From contig JAGVAE010000002.1 of assembly GCA_020060565.1 (NCBI GenBank), positions 243,270 through 307,269 on the forward strand: 64,000 nucleotides of DNA, given 5' to 3'. How positions within the stretch are numbered: the first letter of the stretch is position 1; each line of letters starts with the position of its first letter. The notes beneath the pieces are model-generated. The model was not told the origin of the DNA, ran no database searches, and saw only the letters and a list, made by a program, of their open reading frames with translations. Positions 19,490 through 29,204 of the stretch are shown piece by piece. Source of the stretch: Candidatus Woesebacteria bacterium (GTDB lineage: Bacteria; Patescibacteriota; Microgenomatia; UBA8517). A program made the translations under genes and the position numbers.

Positions 19490-20618
19490 CTCCTTCATAC
19501 CCCAGTGCCCAAAGAGCCATTCCTCCTAGATTTTGTGATTTCACAAAATCGACTTTTATTTGTGTTGAAAATTTATCAGGGTAAAAAACTTGCTGGTAAG
19601 TATTTGTGTCGGTATTTTTATAGAGAAAATAGTTTTCACTATCTGTTTTGTTGAATTGGGCAGAGCAGGTGGCACAAGAACTTAATAGTTCTTCAACCGA
19701 TCTACTACTTATTGAATATGCAGATCCAGGAAGAACTGCTGCCCTGGGTACTGGATTCAGACTTTCCCAGGAATAACCATACAATGGAACCGCGAGAATT
19801 AGTTTATTTGCGGGAACAAGAGTTAAGGCTGCTTGAACCGCGCTTTGAATATCAAATTCAGATACTATTCCAGCACCGGTTTGAGGGGCAACGGCACCTG
19901 TAACAAAACTTCCTGGGTTGTGGAAGTCGTAGCCCATCAAAACCATATAATCAACTATTTTTGAAAGAGCAGCTGGATCTGCCAAATTTTTATCACGTAC
20001 AAAAGCAATTCCTGGGGCGTCAACCGTGATAGTTATTTTAGGATCAAGTCTATTTCTTACCTCTTTAACAAATGTGGTGTAGCGGTTTCTTTGATCTAGT
20101 GTTGCCTCTCCTACCCTTTCAATATCCAAATTTAAGTCAGAAAATTCATATTTTGATATTACAGGAGAAAGATCGTTTATTAAATTTTGAGCACTGACTG
20201 CTGGATCTTCTAAGAACTTGTCGATTTTTTCATCATCTCCACTAAAAACTGTTAAGGATAGTTCAATGCCATTTTTCTTGGCTATTGTTAAATAATCATC
20301 AACCTTACCTGTTGAAAGTGTGTGCCAACCTGGGTCACTTTCCCCTGGGGAAGTAAATTTTTGGATTTTACCGTCACTATCAATTGTCACATTGAAATAA
20401 GAAAGTTGAGTAATATAAGGGGAATAATCAGCTTGGGCTCTACTAATTAGCCAGAAAGGTAAAAACCCAATCACGATTTTTTTTGGAGCTTTAAAAACAT
20501 CGGCTACACTGCCATTTTTATTTCCAATATTAAGTATGTTAGTTTTAGTAACTAGGAAATAACCAAGAAAAACTCCTGCAATTATTCCAGCCCAAATAAT
20601 TAATGTTTTTTGAAACAT
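19452..20618 (-). CDS. Glycoside hydrolase family 18 protein
   Basis: DLNLDIE catalytic motif, LMGYDFH, KLILAVPLYGY, LGGMALWALG. Confidence 0.9.
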   Translation of the reverse strand: MFQKTLIIWAGIIAGVFLGYFLVTKTNILNIGNKNGSVADVFKAPKKIVIGFLPFWLISRAQADYSPYITQLSYFNVTIDSDGKIQKFTSPGESDPGWHTLSTGKVDDYLTIAKKNGIELSLTVFSGDDEKIDKFLEDPAVSAQNLINDLSPVISKYEFSDLNLDIERVGEATLDQRNRYTTFVKEVRNRLDPKITITVDAPGIAFVRDKNLADPAALSKIVDYMVLMGYDFHNPGSFVTGAVAPQTGAGIVSEFDIQSAVQAALTLVPANKLILAVPLYGYSWESLNPVPRAAVLPGSAYSISSRSVEELLSSCATCSAQFNKTDSENYFLYKNTDTNTYQQVFYPDKFSTQIKVDFVKSQNLGGMALWALGYEGANILEPLAGYSH

Positions 20619-20622
20619 ATAT

Positions 20623-21198
20623 CTATTCTAATCTAAATCCTTGAGATATTCCTAAATCAATAAACCCATTAACGTCAAGCAGAGTATCTTTAATTTTACA
20701 TGAGGTGAATGACGCTCCCTTTATTTTTGCTTCGGTAAAGTTTGTCTTTGTAAAATTACATCTTTCAAATACCACACCCTCTAAATTAGTACCTATAAAA
20801 TTTACATTTTCCAGGTTACACCAAACAAAAACGGAACCTTGTAAGTCAGCTTCACTAAAACTACAGTTTCTTAAATCAAAATTACGTTTTTCACTTTTAC
20901 TACCCAGTTTTAATTTTTGAAATATACAATTTTCGGCAACCGCTTTAGCAAAATCACAGTTTATAATTGAACAATTTCCAAAATCCAAAAAACTTAACTT
21001 AGTTCCCGGGAATTTGCAACCTGAAAAACTAGCCGATTCAATTATGCTTTCTGAAAAATTACAGGTATCAAATATGCAGTTATTAAAATTTGTAAATTTA
21101 AAAGTTAGGCCGTTAAATTTACACGATTCAAAAGTTATATCATCAAAATCCTTTCCCTGAATTTCTTTTTCAGCAAATATTTTCCTTTTGAAAGACAT
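20623..21198 (-). CDS. Pentapeptide repeat protein
   Basis: Repeated (C/A/T)xFxx five-residue periodicity; ATG at 21198. Confidence 0.9.
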   Translation of the reverse strand: MSFKRKIFAEKEIQGKDFDDITFESCKFNGLTFKFTNFNNCIFDTCNFSESIIESASFSGCKFPGTKLSFLDFGNCSIINCDFAKAVAENCIFQKLKLGSKSEKRNFDLRNCSFSEADLQGSVFVWCNLENVNFIGTNLEGVVFERCNFTKTNFTEAKIKGASFTSCKIKDTLLDVNGFIDLGISQGFRLE

Positions 21199-21216
21199 GC
21201 CTATATAATAGCACTT

Positions 21217-21702
21217 GTGATTACTTGTCAATTTGAGAATAAAAGTAAAGTAGGGCTTAGACATGTGGTTGTAGGGGTGCTTATTGTCAAAAACAGAAAA
21301 GTATTTCTTACAAGAAGGGGAACTTTCAGAGGAAAACCAATATTAGAATTCAGAAAGTGGTCATTGCCTAGTGGATTTATGGATAGAAATGAAACATTGA
21401 TGGAAACTGCAAAACGTGAGGTTTGGGAGGAAACTGGATGGAAAATAGATAAACTTAAACTATTTAAAATAGTTGATAATCCAAAAAGACCACATGATGG
21501 AGGTAGACAAAATGTAAGTTTTGTATATATTGCCAACCCTGTTAGTCAAGTTGCTATTAAAAGTGAGGAAGTTTTGGAATCGGAGTGGTTTGATTTAAAC
21601 AGTCTACCTTCAAAAAAAGAAGTTGCCTTTGACTATTACGAGACTCTAATTTTATTTAAAAAATATCTAAAGAAAAAGTTCCCACTTCCTGTTTTGGAGT
21701 AA
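21217..21702 (+). CDS. NUDIX hydrolase
   Basis: GFMDRNETLMETAKREVWEETG Nudix box. Confidence 0.92.
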   Translation: MITCQFENKSKVGLRHVVVGVLIVKNRKVFLTRRGTFRGKPILEFRKWSLPSGFMDRNETLMETAKREVWEETGWKIDKLKLFKIVDNPKRPHDGGRQNVSFVYIANPVSQVAIKSEEVLESEWFDLNSLPSKKEVAFDYYETLILFKKYLKKKFPLPVLE

Positions 21703-21756
21703 ATTTAAAATTATTTACTTCTTTTTAATTTATTTTTTTATTATACAATCACTATT

Positions 21757-22998
21757 GTGAACACGATGCTTGCCGCCGCCCTAAAACAAATTAAAGATTA
21801 TTCCTCTGTTTTGGCCGAGGATTATGAGGATAAAAAAACATTTAAAAAAGCAATTGATGCAATTCTTATTCCACAAAGAATTATTAAAGGAAAAATTAGT
21901 GTAAATGTTGATGGGAAGAAAAAAACATTTCAGGCTTTTAGAATTCAACACAATGATGCAAGAGGTCCTTTTAAGGGAGGAATCAGGTTTCATCCAAATG
22001 TAACCGAAGATGAAGTTCGGGCACTTGCTACTCTTATGAGTCTTAAATGCGCTGTAGCAGGAATTCCATATGGTGGGGCAAAAGGAGGAGTGGTTGTGGA
22101 TCCTTCAAAACTTTCAAAAGATGAATTGAAAGATTTATCTACCTCCTATGCCAAGTTTATTGCTCCATATATAGGAGTTTGGCGTGATGTTCCAGCTCCT
22201 GATGTTAATACCGATGGGCAAGTTATGTCCTGGATGCTTGAGACATATGAAAAGAAAATTGGGCTTCTTTCTCCTGGAACTTTTACAGGTAAACCATTGG
22301 AACTCGGAGGATCATTGGGTCGCACTGAGGCAACTGGGCAAGGTGGTGTGTTTGTTTTGGATGTTTATGCCCGGGCAAAAGGAATAAAAGTGAAATCATC
22401 AACTGTTGCAGTCCAGGGTTTCGGAAATGTTGGTTTTTGGTTTGCAAAACTGGCAAAAGAATTAGGGTTTAGGGTAGTAGCTATATCTGACTCAAAGGGT
22501 GGGGTATATGATAAAAAAGGAGTAGATGTTGATAAGTTAATGAGACTAAAAGAAGAAGGTAAGATGCTTCCAATAAATATTACAAATGATGAGCTTTTAA
22601 CACTCCCCATTACTTTTTTGGTTCCTGCGGCACTGGAAAATTCAATTACAAAAGATAATGTAGGTAAAATCAGAGCCAAGGTTATTATTGAAATGGCAAA
22701 TGGGCCAACAACGAGTGAGGCGGATAAATATTTGTATGAAAAAGGAATCGATGTTGTTCCTGACATTCTAGCTAATAGTGGGGGAGTTACAGTTTCCTAC
22801 TTTGAATGGGTACAGAACCTTAGCGGATATTATTGGACAAAAGAGCGGGTAAATTTGGAACTTAAAAATATTATTACCAAGGCGTTTATGGATATTTATA
22901 AAGTTAAAACTTTAAAGAAAATCTCATTTAGAGGTGCTGCAAATTATTTATCACTTAAGAGGATGGTTGATGCAATGATGCTTCGAGGACGGGTGTAA
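21757..22998 (+). CDS. gdhA: Glu/Leu/Phe/Val dehydrogenase (glutamate dehydrogenase)
   Basis: KGGIRFHP, GGAKGG, DVPAPD, GRTEATG, QGFGNVG, ANSGGVTVSYFEW. Confidence 0.92.
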   Translation: MNTMLAAALKQIKDYSSVLAEDYEDKKTFKKAIDAILIPQRIIKGKISVNVDGKKKTFQAFRIQHNDARGPFKGGIRFHPNVTEDEVRALATLMSLKCAVAGIPYGGAKGGVVVDPSKLSKDELKDLSTSYAKFIAPYIGVWRDVPAPDVNTDGQVMSWMLETYEKKIGLLSPGTFTGKPLELGGSLGRTEATGQGGVFVLDVYARAKGIKVKSSTVAVQGFGNVGFWFAKLAKELGFRVVAISDSKGGVYDKKGVDVDKLMRLKEEGKMLPINITNDELLTLPITFLVPAALENSITKDNVGKIRAKVIIEMANGPTTSEADKYLYEKGIDVVPDILANSGGVTVSYFEWVQNLSGYYWTKERVNLELKNIITKAFMDIYKVKTLKKISFRGAANYLSLKRMVDAMMLRGRV

Positions 22999-23014
22999 AA
23001 ATGGAAATTACGAA

Positions 23015-23254
23015 TTAATTGACAACTTTCGCTGGTTTTTTCGCGGCCATTCTTTCCTGTTTTTGAAGGAATGAGGTGTGTCTTTTTTCTTGCTCAATAA
23101 ATAACATGCTATCAACTTTTTTTTGACATTCGGGATCTGGACATATGGTTTCCGTTGTGGAAATAATACTATTGCCAATTTTTTCTTCCTTAACCGAGAG
23201 AATTATCCTTTGTTTTCCACACCTTACACAAACTGTGGTGTTGTTATTGTTCAA
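23015..23254 (-). CDS. Small zinc-finger-like hypothetical protein
   Basis: CVRCGK...CPDPEC. Confidence 0.7.
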   Translation of the reverse strand: MNNNNTTVCVRCGKQRIILSVKEEKIGNSIISTTETICPDPECQKKVDSMLFIEQEKRHTSFLQKQERMAAKKPAKVVN

Positions 23255-23278
23255 GCTGGGTTCATTATAACACGGAAC

Positions 23279-23443
23279 CTACATTTTAAGAAGCTCGAGA
23301 AGTTTGTAGATTAGAAATGCTGGCCAGACTAAAGCTTTAAGAAACCCAATTACTCCTTCTCCAAAATTTGTTGCGTGTTGGATAAAATAAACAACAGCCC
23401 CAATAAAACCCAGTCCATAAAAACCACACAAATCGCCCTTCAT
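23279..23443 (-). CDS. Small two-TM membrane protein
   Basis: SD AAAGGAGG before ATG 23443; YGLGFIGAVVYFIQ..GFLKALVWPAFL. Confidence 0.75.
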   Translation of the reverse strand: MKGDLCGFYGLGFIGAVVYFIQHATNFGEGVIGFLKALVWPAFLIYKLLELLKM

Positions 23444-23518
23444 TGGTTTACATCCTCCTTTCTTCATATAAATAAATAATATCAATAGTCAGAATCTATG
23501 TAAAGAGGATTTTGAAGT

Positions 23519-24502
23519 TTAATATTTAGAATAGTATACACCTCTTGTTGTGCCTAGTTTTTTAATTAATTTTTGATCTTGGAGTTTTTTAAGATCATAG
23601 CGAAGAGTCCTCTCACTTATCCTTGCAAATCTTCTTCTAATTTGATCAAGTGTAATAATTTTATGCTCCTTTATTATTTTTAATATTTCACTTCGGCGAG
23701 GGAGTAGAAAATCGGTTATATCTGGATTTTGTTTTTCAAGAATTAGTTTTGTTGTTTTCGCAGCTGCTTTTGAAATTGCAGTGAGCATAAATTCAACATA
23801 ATCTGTAGTGTCTTTTTCAGATTCTTCAAGCATTCTGTAATATTCACTTCTGTGATTGTCTAAATATTCTTCCAGAGATAAAATTCCCTTCATTCCATAT
23901 CCATTTATACTTAATACCTCTTGCATTAAAAGTCTACCGACCCTTCCACTACCATCCAAAAATGGATGAATTTTTTCAAAGGAATAATGTGCAAGAACTG
24001 CTTTTATTGGGATTAACTTTTCTTTAGGACTGTTTACGTATTTAATAAGTTTTTTAATAAGCGGCATTACTAGTTGTGGAGGAGGAGGCATATAAATAAC
24101 AATACCTGCGGAATTGAAAATGGCTTCCATGTTATGTCTAAATTTGCCCAAATTTTCGTGATTAATTAGATTTTTCATTGTAATTTTCTGAAGATTTAAG
24201 ATATCAAAAGTATCAACTTTGTTTCTTTTTTTGTCATAAATCCAATTTAACGCCTTTAATATGTTTGTAACTTCAAGTTTTTTTTGGTCTTTTGAGGGAA
24301 TTTTGTTAAGATCGTCAAAGATTAAAGTATTTCCTTCGATTCTTGCTGAAAACAAAGAACTTTTTAAAGTTGACTCCCGTCTTATATTCATTTCAATCTC
24401 TGGAGGAATGAAAGTGGATTCAATTACAGCACGAGATGCTTCTATTGAGGATAAAAGTTCAGAAATATTTGATGTTAGTCTGTATTTTGGAGGAATCAAC
24501 AT
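23519..24502 (-). CDS. Fic family protein with C-terminal DeoR-like HTH
   Basis: Inhibitory SARIEGN, Fic motif HPFLDGSGRVGR, C-terminal ISERTLRYDLKKL. Confidence 0.92.
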   Translation of the reverse strand: MLIPPKYRLTSNISELLSSIEASRAVIESTFIPPEIEMNIRRESTLKSSLFSARIEGNTLIFDDLNKIPSKDQKKLEVTNILKALNWIYDKKRNKVDTFDILNLQKITMKNLINHENLGKFRHNMEAIFNSAGIVIYMPPPPQLVMPLIKKLIKYVNSPKEKLIPIKAVLAHYSFEKIHPFLDGSGRVGRLLMQEVLSINGYGMKGILSLEEYLDNHRSEYYRMLEESEKDTTDYVEFMLTAISKAAAKTTKLILEKQNPDITDFLLPRRSEILKIIKEHKIITLDQIRRRFARISERTLRYDLKKLQDQKLIKKLGTTRGVYYSKY

Positions 24503-24510
24503 ACCCCAAT

Positions 24511-24580
24511 ATTACCAGATGTTGCCGAATACTGCCAGATGTTGCCGAATATTAGAAGATGTTGGAAGATATTAGACAAA
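24511..24580. repeat. Degenerate 10-bp periodic repeat upstream of fic
   Basis: ATTACCAGAT GTTGCCGAAT ACTGCCAGAT GTTGCCGAAT ATTAGAAGAT GTTGGAAGAT ATTAGACAAA. Confidence 0.75.
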
Positions 24581-25750
24581 AGTTAGTGCAATACCTTTTT
24601 TATCTGCTCTGCCCGTTCTTCCTATTCTATGGATATAGTTTTCGTAAGACTCAGGAAGGTCGTAATTAATAACATGACTTACATTTGGAATGTCTAAACC
24701 GCGAGAGGCAACATCAGTTGCTATTAAGATTTGAATAATATCCTGTTTAAATTTGTCCAAAATTCTTATCCTTTGACCTTGATTTTTATTACCATGAATG
24801 GCGTCTGCTTTAAAGCCACGACCGATAAGTTCATTTGAAAGTTTTTGAACTCCATGTTTGGTTCTGCCAAAAATTAGTACTTTTTCAAAATCCTGTGTAA
24901 TTAAGAGTTTATGTAGTTCCTCAATTTTGGTGTTGGGACTTACAATTCTGACAACTTCCTGTTTGACTTGGGTTGTAATATCTCCAGATTTGACTGAAAC
25001 AGTAATTGGGTTTTTTACGAAACTACCAATAATTCCTGCCACTTTTGCATCCACCGTTGCCGAAAAGAAAAGAGATTGTCGATCTGTTGAAAGCATGGAA
25101 ATCATATTTTTAATGGTTGGTAAAAAGCCAACATCAACCATATGATCTGCTTCATCAAGTACCACAGAACCAAAATAGGCTAGATTTAAACCATGCGAAC
25201 GAATATGATCTTCAAGTCGTCCTGGTGTTCCTATTACAAAATTGGGGTTTCTGCGCAAGTCTTCTTTTTGTCTCCACATATTTGCCCCTCCAATACAAAG
25301 AGCTGAATAGACATTTAGATTTTTTGCAAATGAATTAAACTCATCTCTAATTTGAGCTGCAAGTTCACGAGTTGGTGTGACTATTAAAACTCTTTGATTC
25401 CTATCTCTTATTACCTTTTCTATTAAAGGAATTAAAAAAGCTGCGGTTTTACCTGTTCCTGTATTAGCCATTCCAATTAAATCGTACCCTTCGATAATTG
25501 GGGGAATTGCTTGATCTTGAATGGGGGTAGGTGTTTTATACCCCTTGGCAAGAACATTGTTTCTGAGAGTTTCTGATATTTTAAAATCAGAAAACTGGTT
25601 GACTACTTTATAATCTTCGATTTCACTTCTTGTTGAGGGAAGATTAACTATTTGACTTGGGTCAAAAGTCTTAATTCTTCTGCCTACGGAACCATAGGCC
25701 CTACGGGCAGGGGGCCACCTTCTTTTATTGTTATTGAATCGGTTATACAT
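24572..25750 (-). CDS. DEAD-box RNA helicase
   Basis: PTPIQ, ANTGTGKT, PTRELA, TPGRL, DEAD, SAT, ASRGLD, HRIGRTGR. Confidence 0.96.
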   Translation of the reverse strand: MYNRFNNNKRRWPPARRAYGSVGRRIKTFDPSQIVNLPSTRSEIEDYKVVNQFSDFKISETLRNNVLAKGYKTPTPIQDQAIPPIIEGYDLIGMANTGTGKTAAFLIPLIEKVIRDRNQRVLIVTPTRELAAQIRDEFNSFAKNLNVYSALCIGGANMWRQKEDLRRNPNFVIGTPGRLEDHIRSHGLNLAYFGSVVLDEADHMVDVGFLPTIKNMISMLSTDRQSLFFSATVDAKVAGIIGSFVKNPITVSVKSGDITTQVKQEVVRIVSPNTKIEELHKLLITQDFEKVLIFGRTKHGVQKLSNELIGRGFKADAIHGNKNQGQRIRILDKFKQDIIQILIATDVASRGLDIPNVSHVINYDLPESYENYIHRIGRTGRADKKGIALTFV

Positions 25751-25930
25751 AATTGTGGGAATAGAACTGCTTAAAACAAAATAAATTCTTAAAAAAAAGT
25801 ATCTCGTGTGAAGAAAAAGATACAAATAAAATTAACTAAATTTGGGGTACCTTTGTCTCTCTTTAAGCAGGTCTATGCCTGCAATTAACTAACTATCCTG
25901 TAGTATATCAGGGAATATGGAAGATGTCAA
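25751..25930 (-). promoter_or_regulatory. Sigma70 promoter and structured 5' UTR of the DEAD-box helicase gene
   Basis: TTGACA-17-TATACT (25930-25902); 15-bp inverted repeat with 1 mismatch (25761-25775 / 25862-25876); inner hairpin followed by a U tract. Confidence 0.6.
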
Positions 25931-26100
25931 GAAAGAGCTTTAATGATGGCTTCTCTAATGTTTTTGCCCCCAAACCAGCCGTTGAGGAAAACTATTGCAT
26001 GCTTATTCTTGTTCCATTCCTGAAGGTAATATTTGTCTATTCTGCCCCCTTTTTGTTTCAGTGCTGTCACCAACTTATTTAGCGAAAGTGAATTGTTGAT
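25927..26100 (-). CDS. Small hypothetical protein (57 aa) with possible ATC start
   Basis: Open frame INNSLSLNKLVTALKQKGGRIDKYYLQEWNKNKHAIVFLNGWFGGKNIREAIIKALS* preceded by TACAAT-6nt. Confidence 0.45.
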   Translation of the reverse strand: MNNSLSLNKLVTALKQKGGRIDKYYLQEWNKNKHAIVFLNGWFGGKNIREAIIKALS

Positions 26101-26104
26101 AAGT

Positions 26105-26341
26105 CTATTGTATCAGATTTTCCTTCTTTTTTCTTGGCCAATTTTTTATTTCTGCCTCGCGCTTGAGGGCTTCAGATTTTGTTGAATATTCCTCTTTATA
26201 AATTATTTTTATTGGTTTATGACTTTTGGTATAACGAGCACCGTGACCATCCAGGTGGTCTTTGAAACGTTTATCAATATTGTTAGTGGAACCAGTATAA
26301 AAGCTACCATCTGTACAAAGAAGAATATAGGTAAACCACAT
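26105..26341 (-). CDS. GIY-YIG nuclease family protein (UPF0213/YazA-like)
   Basis: TYILLCTDGSFYTGSTNN..RF..H..G.GARYTK..EALKRE. Confidence 0.92.
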   Translation of the reverse strand: MWFTYILLCTDGSFYTGSTNNIDKRFKDHLDGHGARYTKSHKPIKIIYKEEYSTKSEALKREAEIKNWPRKKKENLIQ

Positions 26342-26344
26342 TTT

Positions 26345-27289
26345 CTATGTTTCTAATAACTTTCTCGCTTGTGTAAAATCTTTTGTTTCCATAAGTTTTT
26401 GGCGCAAGATACTGGCACCTTTGAAATTGTTTATATACATCTTAAAAAACTTCTTCATTGGTTCAAAAGCTTTAGGAGAAGTATTTTCCTTTTGATTAAG
26501 TTTCATATGTTTTAGGAGGATTCCAATATAATCTTCTTCTGTATGTTTTTGGGGGATGTGATTAAATACCCAGGGGTTTTTAAAGATTCCCCGTCCTATC
26601 ATGACTCCATCTACATTATATTTTTTTTGAAAATCTAATATTTGAGAATAACTTTCAACATCTCCATTTCCAATGATTAAAGTTTCTGGGGCAATTTTGT
26701 TTCTAATTCTTACTGCCTTTTTTATTTCTTCCCAATTGGCATTTCCTTTACTCATTTGTTTTGCTGTTCTGCCGTGGATTGTAAATGCGTCAATTTTTTG
26801 TTCGAGTAAAAAAGTAAACCATTCTGTGGTCATGGCTGGTGTATCTCCAAGTCTTGTTTTTATACTGATGGGCAATTTATCTGCTCCTTTTTTAACTGCA
26901 GCTATTATTTCTTTTACTAAGCTAGGATTATTAATCATTGCTGCCCCCGCCCCGCTCTTTACAACTTCCCTAACTGGGCAACCCATGTTGATGTCAATTC
27001 CATCAAACTTTAATTTCTGAATGAGTTGCGCTGATTTATAGAAAGCATCGGGTTTGGTTCCCCAGATTTGTGCAACAATGGGTTTTTGTTTTTCACTAAA
27101 TTTTAATCTTGGAATAGTTTTTTCAAATCCTTCGGAAGTAAGCGCTTCTATATTTGTGAATTCTGTGAATATTACATCTGGTTTGGGAAGGTAAGTTGAA
27201 ACTACCTCGCGAAATACGTAATCGGTCACATTTTCCATGGGAGCAAGGATGGTAAATGGACAGGGAAGTTCATTCCAGAAATTAGACAT
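26345..27289 (-). CDS. dus: tRNA-dihydrouridine synthase
   Basis: LAPME, GIDINMGCP, KTRLG, TIHGRT, GNGDV, GVMIGRG. Confidence 0.93.
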   Translation of the reverse strand: MSNFWNELPCPFTILAPMENVTDYVFREVVSTYLPKPDVIFTEFTNIEALTSEGFEKTIPRLKFSEKQKPIVAQIWGTKPDAFYKSAQLIQKLKFDGIDINMGCPVREVVKSGAGAAMINNPSLVKEIIAAVKKGADKLPISIKTRLGDTPAMTTEWFTFLLEQKIDAFTIHGRTAKQMSKGNANWEEIKKAVRIRNKIAPETLIIGNGDVESYSQILDFQKKYNVDGVMIGRGIFKNPWVFNHIPQKHTEEDYIGILLKHMKLNQKENTSPKAFEPMKKFFKMYINNFKGASILRQKLMETKDFTQARKLLET

Positions 27290-27836
27290 TTTTTGTGTTC
27301 TTGGATTTTATTCCAAACAAGACCATTGATAAGTAGACCAGAGGGGTTCCGATGGCAATTTCAGAAAGAACTGGATATTGTTGGAAAAAAATATTTATAT
27401 TGCTGCCAAAAAAATAATATAGAAAAAGAATAAAAACAATTATTAAGATGTAAACAAACTTCGTAATTGTTTTATTGTCTGGTGTTAATATGTGAATCAC
27501 AATTAAAAAAAGAAAACTAACCCAGGACCCCGCAAGTAATTTGTCAGGGAGATAATTTCTAACACTACTATCAATATTTAACAATGCAAGTAAATATGCC
27601 AAAAATAGGGGAGAAATAAAAAGTAGTCCGATCTCTGTAAATCCTCGATTTTTTTCGCTTTTGGTTATAACTTTTCTAACAATAAGACTGGCGATGTAAA
27701 TCAGTAAGCTAAATAATAAATAAATCTGCTTATTGGCAATTATTGAGTTAAAAACAAAGAATAAACTGCCAGAAAACAAAAAGAAAACAACAGCTAAATC
27801 AAAAGTACTATTTATCTTTGTAATAGTGTTTTTCAT
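27282..27836 (-). CDS. Hypothetical integral membrane protein
   Basis: About 6 hydrophobic segments; translationally coupled to neighbours. Confidence 0.65.
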   Translation of the reverse strand: MKNTITKINSTFDLAVVFFLFSGSLFFVFNSIIANKQIYLLFSLLIYIASLIVRKVITKSEKNRGFTEIGLLFISPLFLAYLLALLNIDSSVRNYLPDKLLAGSWVSFLFLIVIHILTPDNKTITKFVYILIIVFILFLYYFFGSNINIFFQQYPVLSEIAIGTPLVYLSMVLFGIKSKNTKNV

Positions 27837-29203
27837 TAAAATAAATTTTTAATCGTTAAACTTACAAAAAACACAAAAAACAGAAATCCTATCGTTAATA
27901 GAAGTTTTATAATGAACGAGGATTGATAATGGGTTTTTAAACTTCTTTTGTTGAGAAAAAAGATCAGTGGGAAAGCAACCATCATTGCAACAGCGTTTAA
28001 TACTGCACTAAGAGTTAGAAGAAAGCGAGGTTCGTCGATGCCAAAAAGAAGAACAATTGTACCAAGAATTATTTGGGACCAAAGAACAATAAAAAATGCC
28101 AGTGAAGGATTTGTAGTATCTCCCGGTTTATGAAAAAGTAGTAGAATGTTTTCTGATACAATTCTCGATGTTGACTCCAAAACTCCGATTTGAGTAGAAA
28201 AAAGCATTAATGCTGCCACGATTAAAAAACCGATTCCAAAAACCTGACCAACATGGGATGAAAGAGAGGAACTTTGTTGATATAAAAAATCAATTCCAGA
28301 ACTAGACGCTTGACCAAAAACCAAACTTTTTGCCAGAACAGACATTAGTATAATTGTTGTTAAACCCAAGAACCAAAATATTATGAAATGTTCAGCGGCT
28401 ACTATCTTCCACCATTTTTTCCAAAGTGTTAAGTTTTCTTTACTGTGGGTAAAAACTTGCCCTCCAAGCTCCATTTTTTTGATACCAGGAGAGAATAAGG
28501 AAGTAATCTTACCTGTGAACTTTCCCATACCAAAACCCTTCTCTTTAATGTAATACGATTGTGCAAAATTAAGATTTCCTCCGGCACCCGAGTAAGCAAA
28601 AGCTCCTAAGAAAGCGGCAAAAGCAACACCTGGAGGGAAAAACCACCAATTACCTCCTTTACCAATAAGTCCAACTGCAGCCTCTGTCCAATCAACTTGT
28701 TTGGTAACCAGAAATACTAACAAAATAATGAAAGGTAGTCCAACTAGAATAATCCCTCTTTGTAGATATTCCATTGTCTTATGAAGCGTTTTGCCTAAAG
28801 AAAGGACTAATCCAACAAAGATCAAAAAAAGTATCGGCAATATTTTTAAATGAGGAATGTCAAATAAATTTGCTATTATTTGAGACGAAGCGGAAGAAAA
28901 TCCCGGAAGCGACCAAGGAATGAAAGTGGAAAGTATGAACCAAATAGGGAGCCATTTAGCCATTTTTTTAAATCCTACAAAAACACTTTCCCCCCAGGCT
29001 AGGGTATAGCGCATTATCTCCAAATTCAAAATATACTGAAAAGTAATTCCCAAAAAACCACCCCACAGAAGTCCCAAACCCCAAACTGCGGAGAGATATG
29101 GCCACATAATGAGTTCTCCACTGCCCAACGCCAGACCAAGGAGAATAAATGAAGGACCTATTGTATTTAAAAATTTTGGTGGAGGTGGTAACTTATTATT
29201 CAT
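27836..29203 (-). CDS. Nramp-related (APC superfamily) transporter
   Basis: IGPSFILLGLALGSGELIMWP, EIMRYTLAWGES, about 11 TMs. Confidence 0.75.
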   Translation of the reverse strand: MNNKLPPPPKFLNTIGPSFILLGLALGSGELIMWPYLSAVWGLGLLWGGFLGITFQYILNLEIMRYTLAWGESVFVGFKKMAKWLPIWFILSTFIPWSLPGFSSASSQIIANLFDIPHLKILPILFLIFVGLVLSLGKTLHKTMEYLQRGIILVGLPFIILLVFLVTKQVDWTEAAVGLIGKGGNWWFFPPGVAFAAFLGAFAYSGAGGNLNFAQSYYIKEKGFGMGKFTGKITSLFSPGIKKMELGGQVFTHSKENLTLWKKWWKIVAAEHFIIFWFLGLTTIILMSVLAKSLVFGQASSSGIDFLYQQSSSLSSHVGQVFGIGFLIVAALMLFSTQIGVLESTSRIVSENILLLFHKPGDTTNPSLAFFIVLWSQIILGTIVLLFGIDEPRFLLTLSAVLNAVAMMVAFPLIFFLNKRSLKTHYQSSFIIKLLLTIGFLFFVFFVSLTIKNLF

Positions 29204-29204
29204 A

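Noticed and set aside
20623-21198. Qnr-type quinolone resistance gene
   Set aside because: Pentapeptide repeats alone do not establish Qnr function, and there is no mobile context
24511-24580. Possible mini CRISPR array
   Set aside because: Units are contiguous 10-mers without unique spacers, and there are no cas genes in the window
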